From Eledone cirrhosa (lineage: Eukaryota): DNA of 64,000 bases. A program made the translations under genes and the position numbers. Every line of letters begins with the position of its first letter. Position 1 is the first letter of the stretch. The notes below the pieces were generated by a model, which saw nothing but the letters and a program-made list of their open reading frames with translations, was not told where the DNA came from and searched no databases. This document shows positions 1-16,365 of the stretch, in pieces. The DNA lies in contig OZ024743.1 of NCBI GenBank assembly GCA_964016885.1, forward strand, positions 175,150,001 through 175,214,000. Direction: 5' to 3'.

Positions 1-31
1 TTATGATGTCTACCTGTTATTATTCATTCTT

Positions 32-1137
<1,106 letters not shown>

Positions 1138-1729
1138 AGGAACAAGTAAGACCCCGACGGCTGAGCTCAAGCCGTTTCGACGGCTAATTCTGGACTGAAT
1201 GAAAATTTATTCTGGTATTTAAATAGCCGAGCTTATCAAGGGGTAATTCCATATATGGTCAAAGAGACAATCACCAGGATTGGTCACATCACAAGTAGGT
1301 AGTAAATCTTTGATGGTAAATTGGTGGAGGAAGGGGTAGCTGAACCTGCCGGTAGGAGAAAAAGGGAGAGGGGGTGGAGTAGACCCATTCATGCGTTGGT
1401 AGTGCCGTCTACAGCTGGGTGTGAGGCCAAATGGATACTGGGGAGGGGGAGGGGGACGAAGTCGAAACGGTAAGTAGAACAATGAAGGGTAAAAATATAA
1501 GCAGTACTGAGAGAAAAAAAAAAAAAAAATAAGCAAAGTCTGGTTACTAAGACTTAAGTCTCTCGCTACTGCTATGCTAAAGAAGTATTTTTTTTATTTA
1601 TTTATGTACTTCTTTAGCATAGCAATAGCGAGAGACTTAAGTCTTAGTAACCAGACTTTGCTGATTTTTTTTCTTTTTTTTTTTCTCTCAGTACTGCTTA
1701 TATTTTTACCCTTCATTGTTCTACTTACC

Positions 1730-1737
<8 letters not shown>
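1138..1737 (-). mobile_element. PLE family A 3' end with hammerhead and internal inversion
   Basis: Abuts (TA)n; contains HHR at 1151-1244; 1462-1587 is the reverse complement of about 1607-1737; the same end sequence recurs at 26660, 43216 and 52126. Confidence 0.7.
1151..1244 (-). ncRNA. Type I hammerhead ribozyme, U3-A8 core variant
   Basis: Minus strand: ACCCC-TTGATAA-[CGGCTA..TAGCCG stem II]-GAAA-CGGCT TGAGCTC AGCCG-TC^-GGGGT; all three stems pair; GUC cleavage triplet. Confidence 0.8.
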
Positions 1738-2638
<901 letters not shown>

Positions 2639-2639
2639 G

Positions 2640-2858
2640 AGGTAGATAGAGAAGTGGTTACACAACAGTTAGTTCACCATACCGAGAATAATTGTTGCAC
2701 TTTAGCGGATCCTCAGTGTCCATTACGAGCTGAGGATCCGCTAAGGGGAAACAATTGTTGTCAGTATGGTGAACTAACTGTTGTGTAACCACTTCTACCC
2801 AACTTGTCCCATGGACTGAGTGCTCTACCACTACGGATATTACCTTCCAGTGTTCTAC

Positions 2859-2862
<4 letters not shown>
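2640..2862. mobile_element. Short fold-back PLE-type end between (TA)n tracts, HHR core at 2724-2766 (+)
   Basis: Inverted arms about 2648-2716 and 2730-2797; CTGAGGA-TCC..GGG-GAAA-CAATTG-TT with palindromic stem III; stem I imperfect. Confidence 0.55.
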
Positions 2863-3626
<764 letters not shown>

Positions 3627-4148
3627 TTATATAAATGGATAGACTTATCTCGCAGCTTCGGTTAAATCTTGTAATATTTTTGTATAAAAGTTAAGAATTT
3701 AAAGTCAGCTGCTTTGAGCGTAATTTTATAATCTCAGTAATTGGAATTGTTCAACTAATTATGCTAACATATCTGAGACGCCTAACATATTTGATACGGG
3801 GCTGTTTCAAAGTCACTGTAGAAGTGGATGTCAGATCTGTTTACATCTAAAATCAAATCCTTTACCAATGCAATACTACGCTGTAAGAATTCTAAGAAAC
3901 TTGGAACTTGTAGAGATCAGTGAATAAATATGTACTTATAGACATGAAATATTCCACATACACGTTTGGTTATCTAAAACGGACAATAGGTGGCATGCTT
4001 GAGTGGCAACTTGTAAAACCGTATCTGATGGAAAACGGACAATTTTACACTTTAACTTCGCGGGTGTGAACAAGTTGAAGTAGACGTGAATTTCGATTTA
4101 TGTCTAAAGTTTGTAATGCATGTAGTGTAGGAGTATGTAAACATGGAG

Positions 4149-4257
<109 letters not shown>

Positions 4258-4646
4258 TATAGAGAGAGAGAGGGAGGCGAGAGAGAGAGAGAGTTTGTAT
4301 TTGTGTGTGTATGGGAGACGACAGCGAGATATAATGTATGCAGATACATACGTACATGCTACACACACACACATAATATATATATATATATGTAGATAAA
4401 TCTACCAAAATATACAGTAGTGTCCAATCCGTATGAAGAACTCAATGTAATCCAAATATCATGAAAAGAGAAGATGCATATATATGTGAGGGTATGTATA
4501 TTTCCTCTGATGGTTTGTAATATTTTTACATAGATCTATATTATATACATACCAACACACACATATATATCCTAGAAACGATCGTAAAATTATGAATTTT
4601 TTAATATGAGGAAATTGTTCTTTGTTTTTATTCATTGTTTTTATTA

Positions 4647-4730
<84 letters not shown>

Positions 4731-4883
4731 ATACTTTGGGAGGGTTTGTTGCCAATAAGAAACACACGCACCAGTTGCTTTCACTTCAATTTACTATAAT
4801 AAATTTATAAATTTAGGAATTTATAAATTTATAAATTTCTGGTTGGTTGGTTGGTTCCACAACCAGATAGTTGTTTATATATT

Positions 4884-4926
4884 GTCAAAGTTCTTTCGTC
4901 ACACATTCTGTGACCTCTTCAGTGAC
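4884..4926 (-). ncRNA. Minimal type I hammerhead ribozyme
   Basis: GTCA-CTGAAGA-GGTCAC AGAATGT GTGAC-GAAA-GAAC-TT^-TGAC. Confidence 0.75.
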
Positions 4927-5115
4927 TGGGGATTCTTTTCTTTGTTTTTGTGCCTCTCCTTTCTTCTGTCCTACGCCATCTTGTTTGTGTGTGTGTGTTG
5001 TGTGCTCAGTCTGCGCATGCACCACATCCGGGTGTCTGTGTGTGTTTATATTTGTTTATTTGCATGTTACAGGTTGGTTGTTTGTTCTATGTGCGTGTGT
5101 GTTTTCATTTTGTCC

Positions 5116-5649
5116 TTAATTGTAAGTTGTGATGTTGCTGTTCCACTCATGTTTTCTATTTAATTTTGGTTGGAGTTCATTTATGTTTATTGCCTCTGTG
5201 ATTTGTCTAATCATTGCGTCTTTTCTGTGTGTAGATTCTATTTTTATTTCTATGTTCTCTAATTTACCCTTATGTTCTATTTTAGCATGTTGGTAGAGTA
5301 CAGATGATTCTTTACTATCTTGAAGGTCTCGCCAGTGTTTATTTATCCGTTCCCCTACACTACGAGCTGTTTCACCTATGTACACTATATTTTTGTCTCT
5401 ACATTGTCCTTCAGTACATCTTATGCTATATACTACATTTCTAGTTTTACAGTTGATATGGGGGCTTAATTTACAGGTTATACATTTCTTATCTATACAG
5501 GGGGGTCTTTGAAAAGGGTATGTCTTGCTAATAAGTGTTTTTACGGATGTACCTGGTCTTTCTACTATCTTAATATTGAGTTTATGTTTATCTAGGGCCC
5601 TTCTAAATCTGTAAGCTAATTCACCTCTAGGGGTTGTATCGATGAACAA
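5116..5649 (-). CDS. C-terminal GIY-YIG endonuclease of a PLE ORF (partial, RT missing)
   Basis: Cys-rich linker C-x4-C-x2-C-x7-[16 protein letters not shown], catalytic R, H..H..H, RQITEA, LNRKHEW. Confidence 0.85.
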   Translation of the reverse strand: MFIDTTPRGELAYRFRRALDKHKLNIKIVERPGTSVKTLISKTYPFQRPPCIDKKCITCKLSPHINCKTRNVVYSIRCTEGQCRDKNIVYIGETARSVGERINKHWRDLQDSKESSVLYQHAKIEHKGKLENIEIKIESTHRKDAMIRQITEAININELQPKLNRKHEWNSNITTYN

Positions 5650-5706
5650 ATGTCGTTAGCACCATTATATATATATATATATATGTATAAGTATGTATAT
5701 ATATAT

Positions 5707-5738
<32 letters not shown>

Positions 5739-5755
5739 GTACATATATATATATG

Positions 5756-5928
<173 letters not shown>

Positions 5929-5957
5929 ATATATTTGTATATATATATATATATATG

Positions 5958-6016
<59 letters not shown>

Positions 6017-6070
6017 GTGGGAAAGTAAGAAATCGGAGAATAGACCGTTAAAAAATGTTTATTTAAAACA

Positions 6071-6110
6071 GCACCAACGTACGTTTCGCCCAGTTGGGCT
6101 TCTCAAGGGC
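6071..6110 (-). ncRNA. Type I HHR, U3-A8 variant
   Basis: GCCC-TTGAGAA-GCCC AACT GGGC-GAAA-CGTACG-TT^-GGTGC; palindromic stem III. Confidence 0.65.
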
Positions 6111-6501
6111 ATAAATAATCAAAAGTGTCCCTTCTATTGCTCTGAAAGAGTTTTTGGGGTTAAATCCACGTCAAGATTCATTGCTCGCAAAAATAGCTTG
6201 TTTTGATTTTGCAGCAGGTCAAGGGAGGTAATTCTGGCCGGTGCTAGGGCAGTCTTTCCCGGACAAATTCTTTTTTTCTTTTTTTTTATCCGCTACGAGA
6301 TGAGGTTACCAACTTACCATTGTCGATACGCATGTAATCAACGCTTATTTTGAGAGATTTTTTTTTCTTTTTTGTTGCATCTGTTTGTCTGAGTCGTTTG
6401 AGGCTGGGTCTGGTATGCAAGGATAGTTTCCTGAGTGTTCTTTTGCAGCGCCTGCCCGCCGGGGTTTTAAGACTTGTTGCAGGGAGATCCGGTGCACGGT
6501 T

Positions 6502-7705
6502 TCACTCCTCATCCTTAACCCATCTGAAGAAGGATATTTTTAAGTGATGTGTACAACTTATCGCTGTTTCAGCTCTGCTATTGATGAGCTCGTGGGGTGC
6601 AGTTATGATGTGGTAGAGCTCCATGAGGCAAAGATCGCATTTCCTCTTGAAGTTGTACGGTGCAGCCCTGCCGACAATATCCCAGTGCGTGGAGAAGCTG
6701 ATGTTTAAGTCCTCTAGTGATGTGATGTAGTCCGCGAGCGAGGTGGAGTGTCTTAGTTTTTTATTTGTGAAAGAGTGGAGATGTGTTCGAAACCTAATTT
6801 TGAACGGGCCGGAGGTAACCTCTATATAATGTTTAACGCCATTGTGGCTAGTTATAGTGCATCTATATATAACCCTATCAGTCAAGCAGTATCCTCTAAG
6901 AGGGCAGCGTCCTCTGTCGCGGCAGTTGCAATTTCTGTCGCGGAATAGTAGAGAAGGATATTTTTATATTGTTCCTATTAAGAATTTTTCTATGCGTATG
7001 GTTGGGCGGGAAGTTCTTCTCTAAGGCTTCGAAGAACATCCGGGGTATGTTGGAGGCCACACTCTGAGAGTGGGGGGGGGGGGGGGGGGGGGTTGGAACC
7101 ATAGGACGTTACGGTGGCGATTACGTGTCCTTGTACGTTTGCTACGGGTGGTTCTATCTAGGTGACCGCTCTTATGTGTATTAATGCGTAGTCGCCCGTT
7201 CGGTGCCCCTTTCACTTTATGCTCGGGTGCACTCTTCCTACCACTTCCATGTTGATGTACAGGAAGATGTTGGTAGTAGGCCGTCGCCTTTGTTGGTTTT
7301 GTAATAGGGGAATAGTTAGAGTAATCTACAGTAGTCACCGTCGCCGGGGTCGTGATCTTTAGTGCGGTTATCTATTCTATTATATCCGACTTCAACGAAG
7401 TCGCCGCGTGATCGGTTATAGGTATGGCTTACTATAACGTTCGTTTTATCAGGGGGTGGTTTCTAGAGCTAGCGTTAGGGATGTAGGAAATTCCTCGGTT
7501 AAAGCCGGCTCTTATCAAGGCCCTATTGTAGTAATCTGCCGCTTGGTTGAAGATATCCTCATTGGCGGATAATCTCGAGATTCTGATTGAGATACTATAG
7601 ACTATGGAGTTGAGAGTCTGCTTAGGGTGGTTGGAGGCATAATTAATATAAGAGAGGCACTCTCCAGGCTTATGGTATGGCTTGTATAAGCCCGTACTCA
7701 ACTCC
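6502..7705 (-). pseudogene. PLE RT C-terminus plus GIY-YIG, disrupted
   Basis: ORF pieces 7432-7737, 6896-7102 and 6502-6885; a poly-G expansion and loss of about 330 bp relative to the plus copy. Confidence 0.8.
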
Positions 7706-7709
7706 AGGG

Positions 7710-8918
7710 TCGGATATAATAGAATAGATAACCGCACTAAAGATCACGACCCCGGCGACGGTGACCACTGTAGATTACTCGAACTATTCCCCTATTACAA
7801 AACCAACAAAGGCGACGGCCTACTACCAACGCCTTCCAACCAACATCTTCCTGTACATAAACATGGAAGAGGTAGGAAGAGTGCACCCGAGCATAAAGTG
7901 AAAAGAGCACCGAACGGGCGACTGCGCACTAATACACATAAGAGCGGTCACCTAGATGGAACCACCTGTAGCAAACGTACAAGGACACGTAATCGCCACC
8001 GTAACGTCCTATGGTTCCCCCCTACTCTCGGAGTGTGGCCTCCAACATACCCCTGATGTTCTTCGAAGCTTTAGAGATGAACTTCCCGCCCAACCATAGG
8101 TATAGAAAAATTCTTAATAGGAACAATATAAAAATATCCTTCTCTACTACTCCTAACCTAGCAGACATCATAGGAACAACGAACCACAGTAACATCACCA
8201 AGACACAGCACCTCGACTCAGACGCACCTACACCTGACAATAACTATATCGGCCTTAACAACTCCCTGGCAGCATCCAATAGTGTAGGCAACGGCATCCG
8301 CAGACGCAACCAGCATAACCGCGAAATGACTGGCGAACATGCAGGACATGACGTGCGGAATAACAATCACACCACTCCGCGTGCTGTGGGTTGTAATGGT
8401 GCTAACGACAGCTGCGGTAGCGTAGGTAACAACGTAGGCAGCAACAATGATGGCCTTACCGTGGGAAATAGACGGAACCGCGACAGAAATTGCAACTGCC
8501 GCGACAGAGGACGCTGCCCCTTAGAGGATACTGCTTGACTGATAGGGTTATATATAGATGCACTATAACTAGCCACAATAGCGTTAAACATTATATAGGA
8601 ACTACCTCCGGCCCGTTCAAAATTAGGTTTCGAACACATCTCCACTCTTTCACAAATAAAAAACTAAGACACTCCACTTCGCTCGCGGACTACATCACAT
8701 CACTAAAGGACTTAAACATCAGCTTCTCCACGCACTGAGATATTGTCGGCAGGGCTGCACCGTACAACTTCAAGAGGAAATGCGATCTTTGCCTCATGGA
8801 GCTCTACCACATCATAACTGCACCCCACGAGCTCATCAACAGCAGAGCTGAAACAGCGATAAGTTGTACACATCACTTAAAAATATCCTTCTTCAGATGG
8901 GTTAAGGATGAGGAGTGA
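7710..8918 (+). pseudogene. PLE linker plus GIY-YIG, disrupted
   Basis: Pieces 8011-8538 and 8490-8738; in-frame TGA stops where the twin copy has CGG or TGG. Confidence 0.8.
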
Positions 8919-9307
8919 AACCGTGCACCGGATCTCCCTGCAACAAGTCTTAACACCCCGGCGTGCAGGCGCTGCAAAAAAACACACAGGAAACTATCCT
9001 TGCATACCAGACCCACCCTCAAACGACTCAGACAAACAGATGCAGCAAAAAAAAAAATAAAAAACTCTCAAAATAAGCGTTTATTACATGCGAATCGACA
9101 ATTGTATGGTTGTAACCTCATCTCGTAGCGGATAAAAAAAAAAAAAAAAATTTGTCCGGGAAAGTCTGCCCTAACAGCGGCCAGAGTTACCTCCCTTGAC
9201 CTGCTGCAAAATCAAAACAAGCTATTATTGCGAGCAATGAATCTTGACGTGGATTTAACCCAAAAAACCCTTTCCGAGCAATGTAAAGAACACTTTTGAT
9301 TATTTAT

Positions 9308-9346
9308 ATCCTTGAGAAGCCCAACTGGGCGAAACGTACGTAGGTG
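9308..9346 (+). ncRNA. Type I HHR, U3-A8 variant
   Basis: ATCC-TTGAGAA-GCCC AACT GGGC-GAAA-CGTACG-TA^-GG; stem I short. Confidence 0.65.
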
Positions 9347-9616
9347 CTGTTTTAAATAAACATTTTTTAACGGTCTATTCTCCGATTTCTTACTTTCCCA
9401 CGTGCTTACGCTCTGCTAATTCTCTAGCCCACTAAATATTAACACTTCGAATATTTAATACTGCCGGCACTAGTATCGAGCACCTTTGGCATACGTTACT
9501 TGGCAAATAACTATATGTATCACCTATCTTCCCCCTTTTTTTTTCTCTCTCTCGATACGTAAATACTGTATATACATATATATATATATGTATATATACA
9601 TATATATATATCTATG

Positions 9617-9696
<80 letters not shown>

Positions 9697-9714
9697 AATA
9701 TATACATATATATG

Positions 9715-9761
<47 letters not shown>

Positions 9762-9778
9762 ATATATATAAATGTATA

Positions 9779-9880
<102 letters not shown>

Positions 9881-9888
9881 CCTATATA

Positions 9889-10037
9889 CGTGGGTCGGCT
9901 AAAAAGCTCATAGGATTACTATGAAGGAGTGATGCTAGGGTTGTGAAATCTTTCCAGGGACTATGTTGAAAAATAACCTACATTTGGTTATTCCAAGAGA
10001 AAATCTTGTTCAACCTATGAACCTTTGAGCCGACACC

Positions 10038-10039
<2 letters not shown>
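9889..10039. mobile_element. Tc1/mariner-type MITE
   Basis: Imperfect TIRs of about 26 bp (CGTGGGTCGGCTAAAAAGCTCATAGG / CCTATGAACCTTTGAGCCGACACCCG) flanked by TA. Confidence 0.6.
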
Positions 10040-10100
<61 letters not shown>

Positions 10101-10367
10101 ACACACATATAAATGCATGAAGATGTTAGTATATATAGTCATATACGAAAATTACACACACGTACACACGCAACCACTCACACATACTCACATACACCAC
10201 ATACAAATAAGTATGGATGCGTATGTGCGCGTGTGAATACACCCCTTGATCGATTCATGTTGACACCCTACAACACTATCGATCTCAAATTGAGCATTTA
10301 TTAGGACGTAGTTTCTCCAAGAATCTTAGTTGATTATATATTGGCAAAGGCAGTAGAATTTAGCGTG

Positions 10368-10645
10368 GGAGAGAAAGAGAGATTGAGTGTGTGAGAGAGA
10401 GAAAGAGAAAGAGAGACTGTATGTGTGTGAGAGAGAGAGATAGATAGAGAGAGAAAGAGAGATTGAGTGTGTGTGAGAGAGAGAGAAAGAGAGACTGTGT
10501 GTGTGTGAGAGAGAGAGATTGAGTGTGTGTGAGAGAGAGAGAGAAAGAGAGACTGTGTGTGTGTGAGAGAGAGAGATGGAGAGAGATTGAGTGTGTGTGA
10601 GAGAGAGAGAGAGACTGTGTGTGTGTGAGAGAGAGAGAGAGGGAC

Positions 10646-10680
<35 letters not shown>

Positions 10681-11037
10681 CTGTGTGTGTGTGAGAGAGA
10701 GAGAGACTGTGTGTGAGAGAGAGAGAGGGACTGTGTGTGTGAGAGAGAGAGAGACTGTGAGAGAGAGAGAGAGAGAGAGGGACTGTGTGTGTGAGAGAGA
10801 GACTGTGTGTGTGAGAGAGAGATACTGTGTGTGTGTGAGAGAGAGAGACTGTGTGTGTGAGAGAGAGAGAGACTGTGTGTGTGAGAGAGAGAGAGATTGT
10901 GTGTGTGAGAGAGAGAAACTGTGTGTGTGTGTGAGAGAGAGAGAGAGATAGAAAGAGAAAGAAAGATTGAGTGTGTGTGAGAGAGAGATAGAGAAAGAGT
11001 GTGTGTGTGAGAGAGAGAAAGAGAGGTTGAGTGTGTC

Positions 11038-11094
<57 letters not shown>

Positions 11095-11236
11095 GAGAGA
11101 GAAAGAGAGAAAGAAATTGAGTGTGTGTGTGAGAAAGAGAGAGAGAGAGAGAGAGAGTGTTTGTGTGTGAAAGAGAGAGCGACAGACTGAGTGTGTGTGT
11201 GAGAGAGAGGGAGAGAGAGAGAGTGTGTGTGTGTAT
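10368..11236. repeat. Alternating (GA)n-(GT)n compound minisatellite
   Basis: Repeating GAGAGA-CT/TT-GTGTGT units. Confidence 0.9.
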
Positions 11237-12110
11237 GTGGGGGGGTACTGACATCTTTCATCTAATTCCTTTTGTCAGTCACTACATTGTGTTATGTTTT
11301 CTCTTCAATGACCAACCTGAAGTTATCGACTGTATCACGAAGACCCCGAACTCCGTAGAAATAATGCAATCTCCTTTGAATCACACTCTGCCATCTTAAC
11401 AGCAAGTATATAATGCCTAATATTGTACTACTTACATACACTATTTCAGAGTTATACTTGCCTGGCAAGTGACTTGATCCGAGACTGTTTTTGAAACTAA
11501 AACAATTACTGCATGACTGAGTCATTTTAACCATTGAAATACACACGAAAACTGCTAACATTACTTTATATACATGATTTTTTACTTAGTCTAAAATATT
11601 TTCATCTCAATGTCTGCTATGGCGTCATTGATACGGTTCAAGTAGAACTGTGTCAGTGACAAGATCGCAGGCAATGAGACGAAAATCTTGACATTAAGGA
11701 ATATATATATATAAAGAAATAGAAAAAGAAAATTTAACAGTTTTTATGTTTTTAAATAACTAAAATATCTCTCTATGCAGTTATTCGTTAGATACACTAC
11801 GTCTTCCGTTTAGTCAATGGAAAAGTTCATAGGTAGGCCTTTTCAGCACTTCCCATACTGGGTGGTGTGAGTAGGAGAATGAGCAGCTTCAAACCGGAGA
11901 CCTGTTTCTGAATGTTTGCAAAAGACACGGCTCCCTTAAAGACATCAAAGGACCAAGAAGTGGTTTCACTCTACTAAACTAAATTCTTACTAAAGTTACT
12001 CCTGACTATGACCTCGTTTTAATATAGCGAGGCTCCTGTGTGTTAATTGTATATAAACATATATGCTTTCATATACATCCCTAATATATATATATATATA
12101 TATATATATA

Positions 12111-12614
12111 AAGAAAATTTTCGCTCTACATGGCTGAATACAATAAATGTAATCTGAGATTTTCGAAAAACTCAGATTACATTTATTGTATTCAGCCATG
12201 TAGAGCGAACATTTTCTTTTTTATTTTAATTTGGCAAAGCCGGCCATTTTTGCTCGTATATAGGAAACTCACTGGCCAGTCTGCTGATATGCAAATCTGG
12301 CTGATCAGTGGATCTGCTAATATGTAGATCTGACTGATTAGCCAGTCAGCTAATATGCAAATCAGACCGATCAATCACTGTGTATTTTTTGAAAATAGCA
12401 TATATTTTCACTAGCTCTGACAGTTTGGCAGGTGAACACTGAGTTGTACTGATGAAGGGTGATACCTAGAACATTAGTGTCTGCAGTTCTGTTCACATGC
12501 CAACATAAAAGCAAGAATGAAAGGGTTCATTTTACTGACATGGCTATAGAATTGAGGCTTGTTTGTATAATTGCAAACGAATCGAATGTTATTATTAATA
12601 TTCGAAAAACTCAG

Positions 12615-12619
<5 letters not shown>
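12111..12619 (+). mobile_element. 439-bp terminally redundant non-coding HHR unit (retrozyme-like family R2) with inverted 5' end
   Basis: TTCGAAAAACTCAGATTA at 12162 and 12601; hairpin at 12115-12215; three 33-bp repeats, two with ATGCAAAT; HHR at 12441-12489 (GAAC instead of GAAAC). Confidence 0.65.
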
Positions 12620-12659
<40 letters not shown>

Positions 12660-12690
12660 CACACGTGCGCACACACACACACACACACCC

Positions 12691-12756
<66 letters not shown>

Positions 12757-13209
12757 ACGTGTGTAATATATAGAAAGAGAGAGATAGACACACACGCACA
12801 CACACACACATATATATATATATTCATACGAATATCGATAATGATAATTCACATTGTTTCTCTACTTTCAAAGCTGAGCTCGCTGTCGATACACAGAGAC
12901 AATTTCTTTCTTCTATACGTCATTGTCGAAAGCTATGGAGGCTCAGTATTACTAAGATCTGATATGTTTCTTGAATTAATTTCGAAAGCCATGTGTACAT
13001 AAAAGGAGAAGAAAGCATCGAAAAAGGAAGAGGAAGAAGGAGAAGGAAACAAAGCAGACGAAAGAGAGATAGAAAAAGACAACTTTATTTCAATTTGTTC
13101 TTTAATATATATAATGATGCCATCAGTCTGCCAGGAGGCCCGAGGGGAAAATTCTTTAACGATCGTAAACGTTATCTTGCACCCAAAACAAGGAATAGAA
13201 TTTTCTGTT

Positions 13210-13500
13210 ACAATGACAACAATAACAGAAACAAATGAAGAAGCAACAACAATAGCAGAAGCAACAACAACAACAGCAAAAACAAACAACACCAGCAACT
13301 ACATCAACATCACCACCAACAACATCAACAACAAATAACATCAGAAGCAAAAATAACTTTGGTAGCAGCAACATTATCAGTAAGAACAACAGAATCAGCA
13401 GCAATAATAATATCAACAACAACAGAAACAACAACAACAGCAGCAACAACAACAATAACAATAACAGCAGAAGCAACAATAATAACAACAACAAAAACAG
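13210..13500. repeat. Degenerate (CAA/CAG/TAA)n trinucleotide repeat
   Basis: Direct inspection. Confidence 0.9.
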
Positions 13501-13625
13501 AAGACACAGGCCCCTCCCCCACACAATTAAGAAGAAAAATACTTTTAGGTTTGGTACAAAAATCTTTGTAGCTAAATGTTATCGTACTTTAGGAAACGTT
13601 ATCGTACAGAGAGTATCTTAGATTA

Positions 13626-13656
<31 letters not shown>

Positions 13657-13713
13657 AGAGTGCTAAAAGTGAGAAATGAAATTTCGTTTCATTCTATTCC
13701 ATTTATATATATA

Positions 13714-13776
<63 letters not shown>

Positions 13777-14209
13777 GGAATAGAATGAAACGAAATTTCA
13801 TTTCTCACTCTTAGCACGGCACTTACTCAAATGTAAGTATGTATGTATACGTACATACATATATGTATACAGACGTACAGCAGCATGTATATATATACAT
13901 ACATGTACACATATATGCACGTATCGGTTTACCGAACATTTATTACAATGCTCGGTTTGTTTGTTTGTAAACAAACAAACAGCCCGAATTACGCCGTACA
14001 GTGTTCAGGCAACCACGCCACCCTTCTGTTCAACACTGACACAGGAACGATGTACTAGTCTCAAGCTTATTAGCTAATAAGGTTATTAGCTAATAAGCTT
14101 GAGACTAGTATATATATGTACGTGCATATATGTGTACATGTATGTATATATATACATGCTGCTGTACGTCTGTATACATATATGTATGTACGTATACATA
14201 CATATATGT

Positions 14210-14218
<9 letters not shown>
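13657..14218. mobile_element. Fold-back partial copy of the 442-bp unit (family R1)
   Basis: Homologous to 46043-46925; inversion within the HHR stem II at about 14050-14110. Confidence 0.75.
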
Positions 14219-14288
<70 letters not shown>

Positions 14289-14322
14289 TATCTATATATA
14301 TATCTATATCTATATATATATA

Positions 14323-15338
14323 TCTATATATATAAAACTGTGGTTGTCTGTCTGTCTATCGATTTTTGGCACACATCTCCTCTTAGAATCTCTGACGGAA
14401 TTGCACCGAAATTGCTATACTTGTACATTGAGCCCTAGCGAAGACATCGGAAAAAAATATTTCAAATTGACCCACCCTAGGTGACGAAATCGAATATAAT
14501 GTATCGATTTTTGAGCGTAAGTTATCAGTTATTTCCCTTTGTTCTGTTTACATTGAGCGTCTTACGTAAAAAATTACGCTGGCTTTCTCAGCGTTTAAAA
14601 TGACATTAACACAATACACGAACAGTTGTTGAGCCAGCAAAATATTGACCTGCAAAATTCATCAGTTCGAACACTAGGCTTCCGTTTTGCTTCATTTCCA
14701 TTTAAAAGCATTTTAAAACAATATTTTTACTTGAAAACAAGTCTATTTAAAGACTACGTAAAACAAGCAAATATTTAGTCGTTAGGCGTGCAGACAGACA
14801 GTTGTGCAGACAGACAGTCGTGCAGACAGACAGTCGTGCAGACAGACAGTCGTGCAGAGAGGTGATATACGCGTGCAGACAGACAGTCGTGCAGAGAGGT
14901 GATATAGGCGTGCAGACAGACAGTCGTGCAGAGAGGTGATATAGGCGTGCAGACAGACAGTCGTGCAGAGAGGTGATATAGGCGTGCAGACAGACAGTCG
15001 TGCAGAGAGGTGATATAGGCGTGCAGACAGACATAACTGATAATTTGGTTACGCTAATGTTTTTCTCTGCGTTGCAGTGTTTACATTTTCGATCTTTGTT
15101 AATAAATAACCAGTGCAGTTTCTATCCCCAGCATCCTCTTTTGTTATAACATTCGGGTTATCGTTATGTTTTCTTAACTTCATAAGGCATATTGTTGGTT
15201 GAGGGAATATTAATCAAAAACACCACATGCAAGTCTGCACAGTAGACACTACAGTTTTTAAGCCAAGAAAGAAACTTAACATTGTAACTTTAACACAGCT
15301 ACTGAGCGACCCCGAGCAACGCCGGGCTTTACTGCTAG
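14323..15338 (+). mobile_element. Non-autonomous Helitron with internal minisatellite of about 35 bp (14787-15032)
   Basis: 5' TCTATATATATAAAA; 3' hairpin CCCG AGCAACGC CGGG then CTAG followed by T; same 3' end at 42158-42185. Confidence 0.8.
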
Positions 15339-15342
15339 TATA

Positions 15343-15980
<638 letters not shown>

Positions 15981-16331
15981 ATATATATATATATATAAAT
16001 GGCTTCTACAGGACTAGAACTGTTTCATTCAAAAGAAATCATAAGGCTTTCCTGGTGATTTCTTTTGAATGTCCAACATTTACTTCCCTTCTGTGACCGT
16101 AACAACACGTGATAAATTCTCCCTCCAGAGAATTTTTCACCTGTAACGGCTACTTCAAGAAGTAGTTCTTTGACTTGAGGTGTCTCTTGCGAAGCCTGTA
16201 GCCTCATAGTCCTGGTGTACTTTTGCATTTCAGCTGCAAACCAATACCAATAGGCGAAACTGCATTTGGGACTTTGGAGAAAAAATTTTGTATATTTTGT
16301 ATATTTTTTCTATTTTTTCCCTACACTAGTA

Positions 16332-16365
<34 letters not shown>

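Larger units (their letters stand above)
4726..5665 (-). mobile_element. 5'-truncated Penelope-like element (Nematis-like) between (TA)n tracts
   Basis: GIY-YIG ORF followed by a 3' UTR with HHR; the UTR recurs at 39095-39420 and 55085-55725. Confidence 0.85.
6015..9520. mobile_element. Head-to-head inverted pair of 5'-truncated PLE copies (Hydra-like, family D)
   Basis: Minus copy 6015-7707 and plus copy 7708-9520. Encodes RT thumb (KPYHKP..YINYASNHP), CNCRxRGxCPLxGxC linker, VIY..YIG, CDLC and CTH; has stops and frameshifts. Confidence 0.9.

Noticed and set aside
8053-8738. In-frame TGA codons in the family D plus copy
   Set aside because: The twin copy has CGG and TGG at these positions, so they are decay mutations.
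6015-9403. Inverted repeat as an assembly artefact or DNA-transposon TIRs
   Set aside because: Arms differ by substitutions and a deletion, and encode PLE RT/EN rather than a transposase.
11250-12050. Unique-looking sequence as possible host exons (also 12860-13200 and 33030-33450)
   Set aside because: No recognisable protein motif or convincing splice-bounded frame; needs BLASTX or RNA-seq.
14787-15032. Regular 35-bp repeats resembling a CRISPR array
   Set aside because: No unique spacers; eukaryotic minisatellite inside a Helitron.
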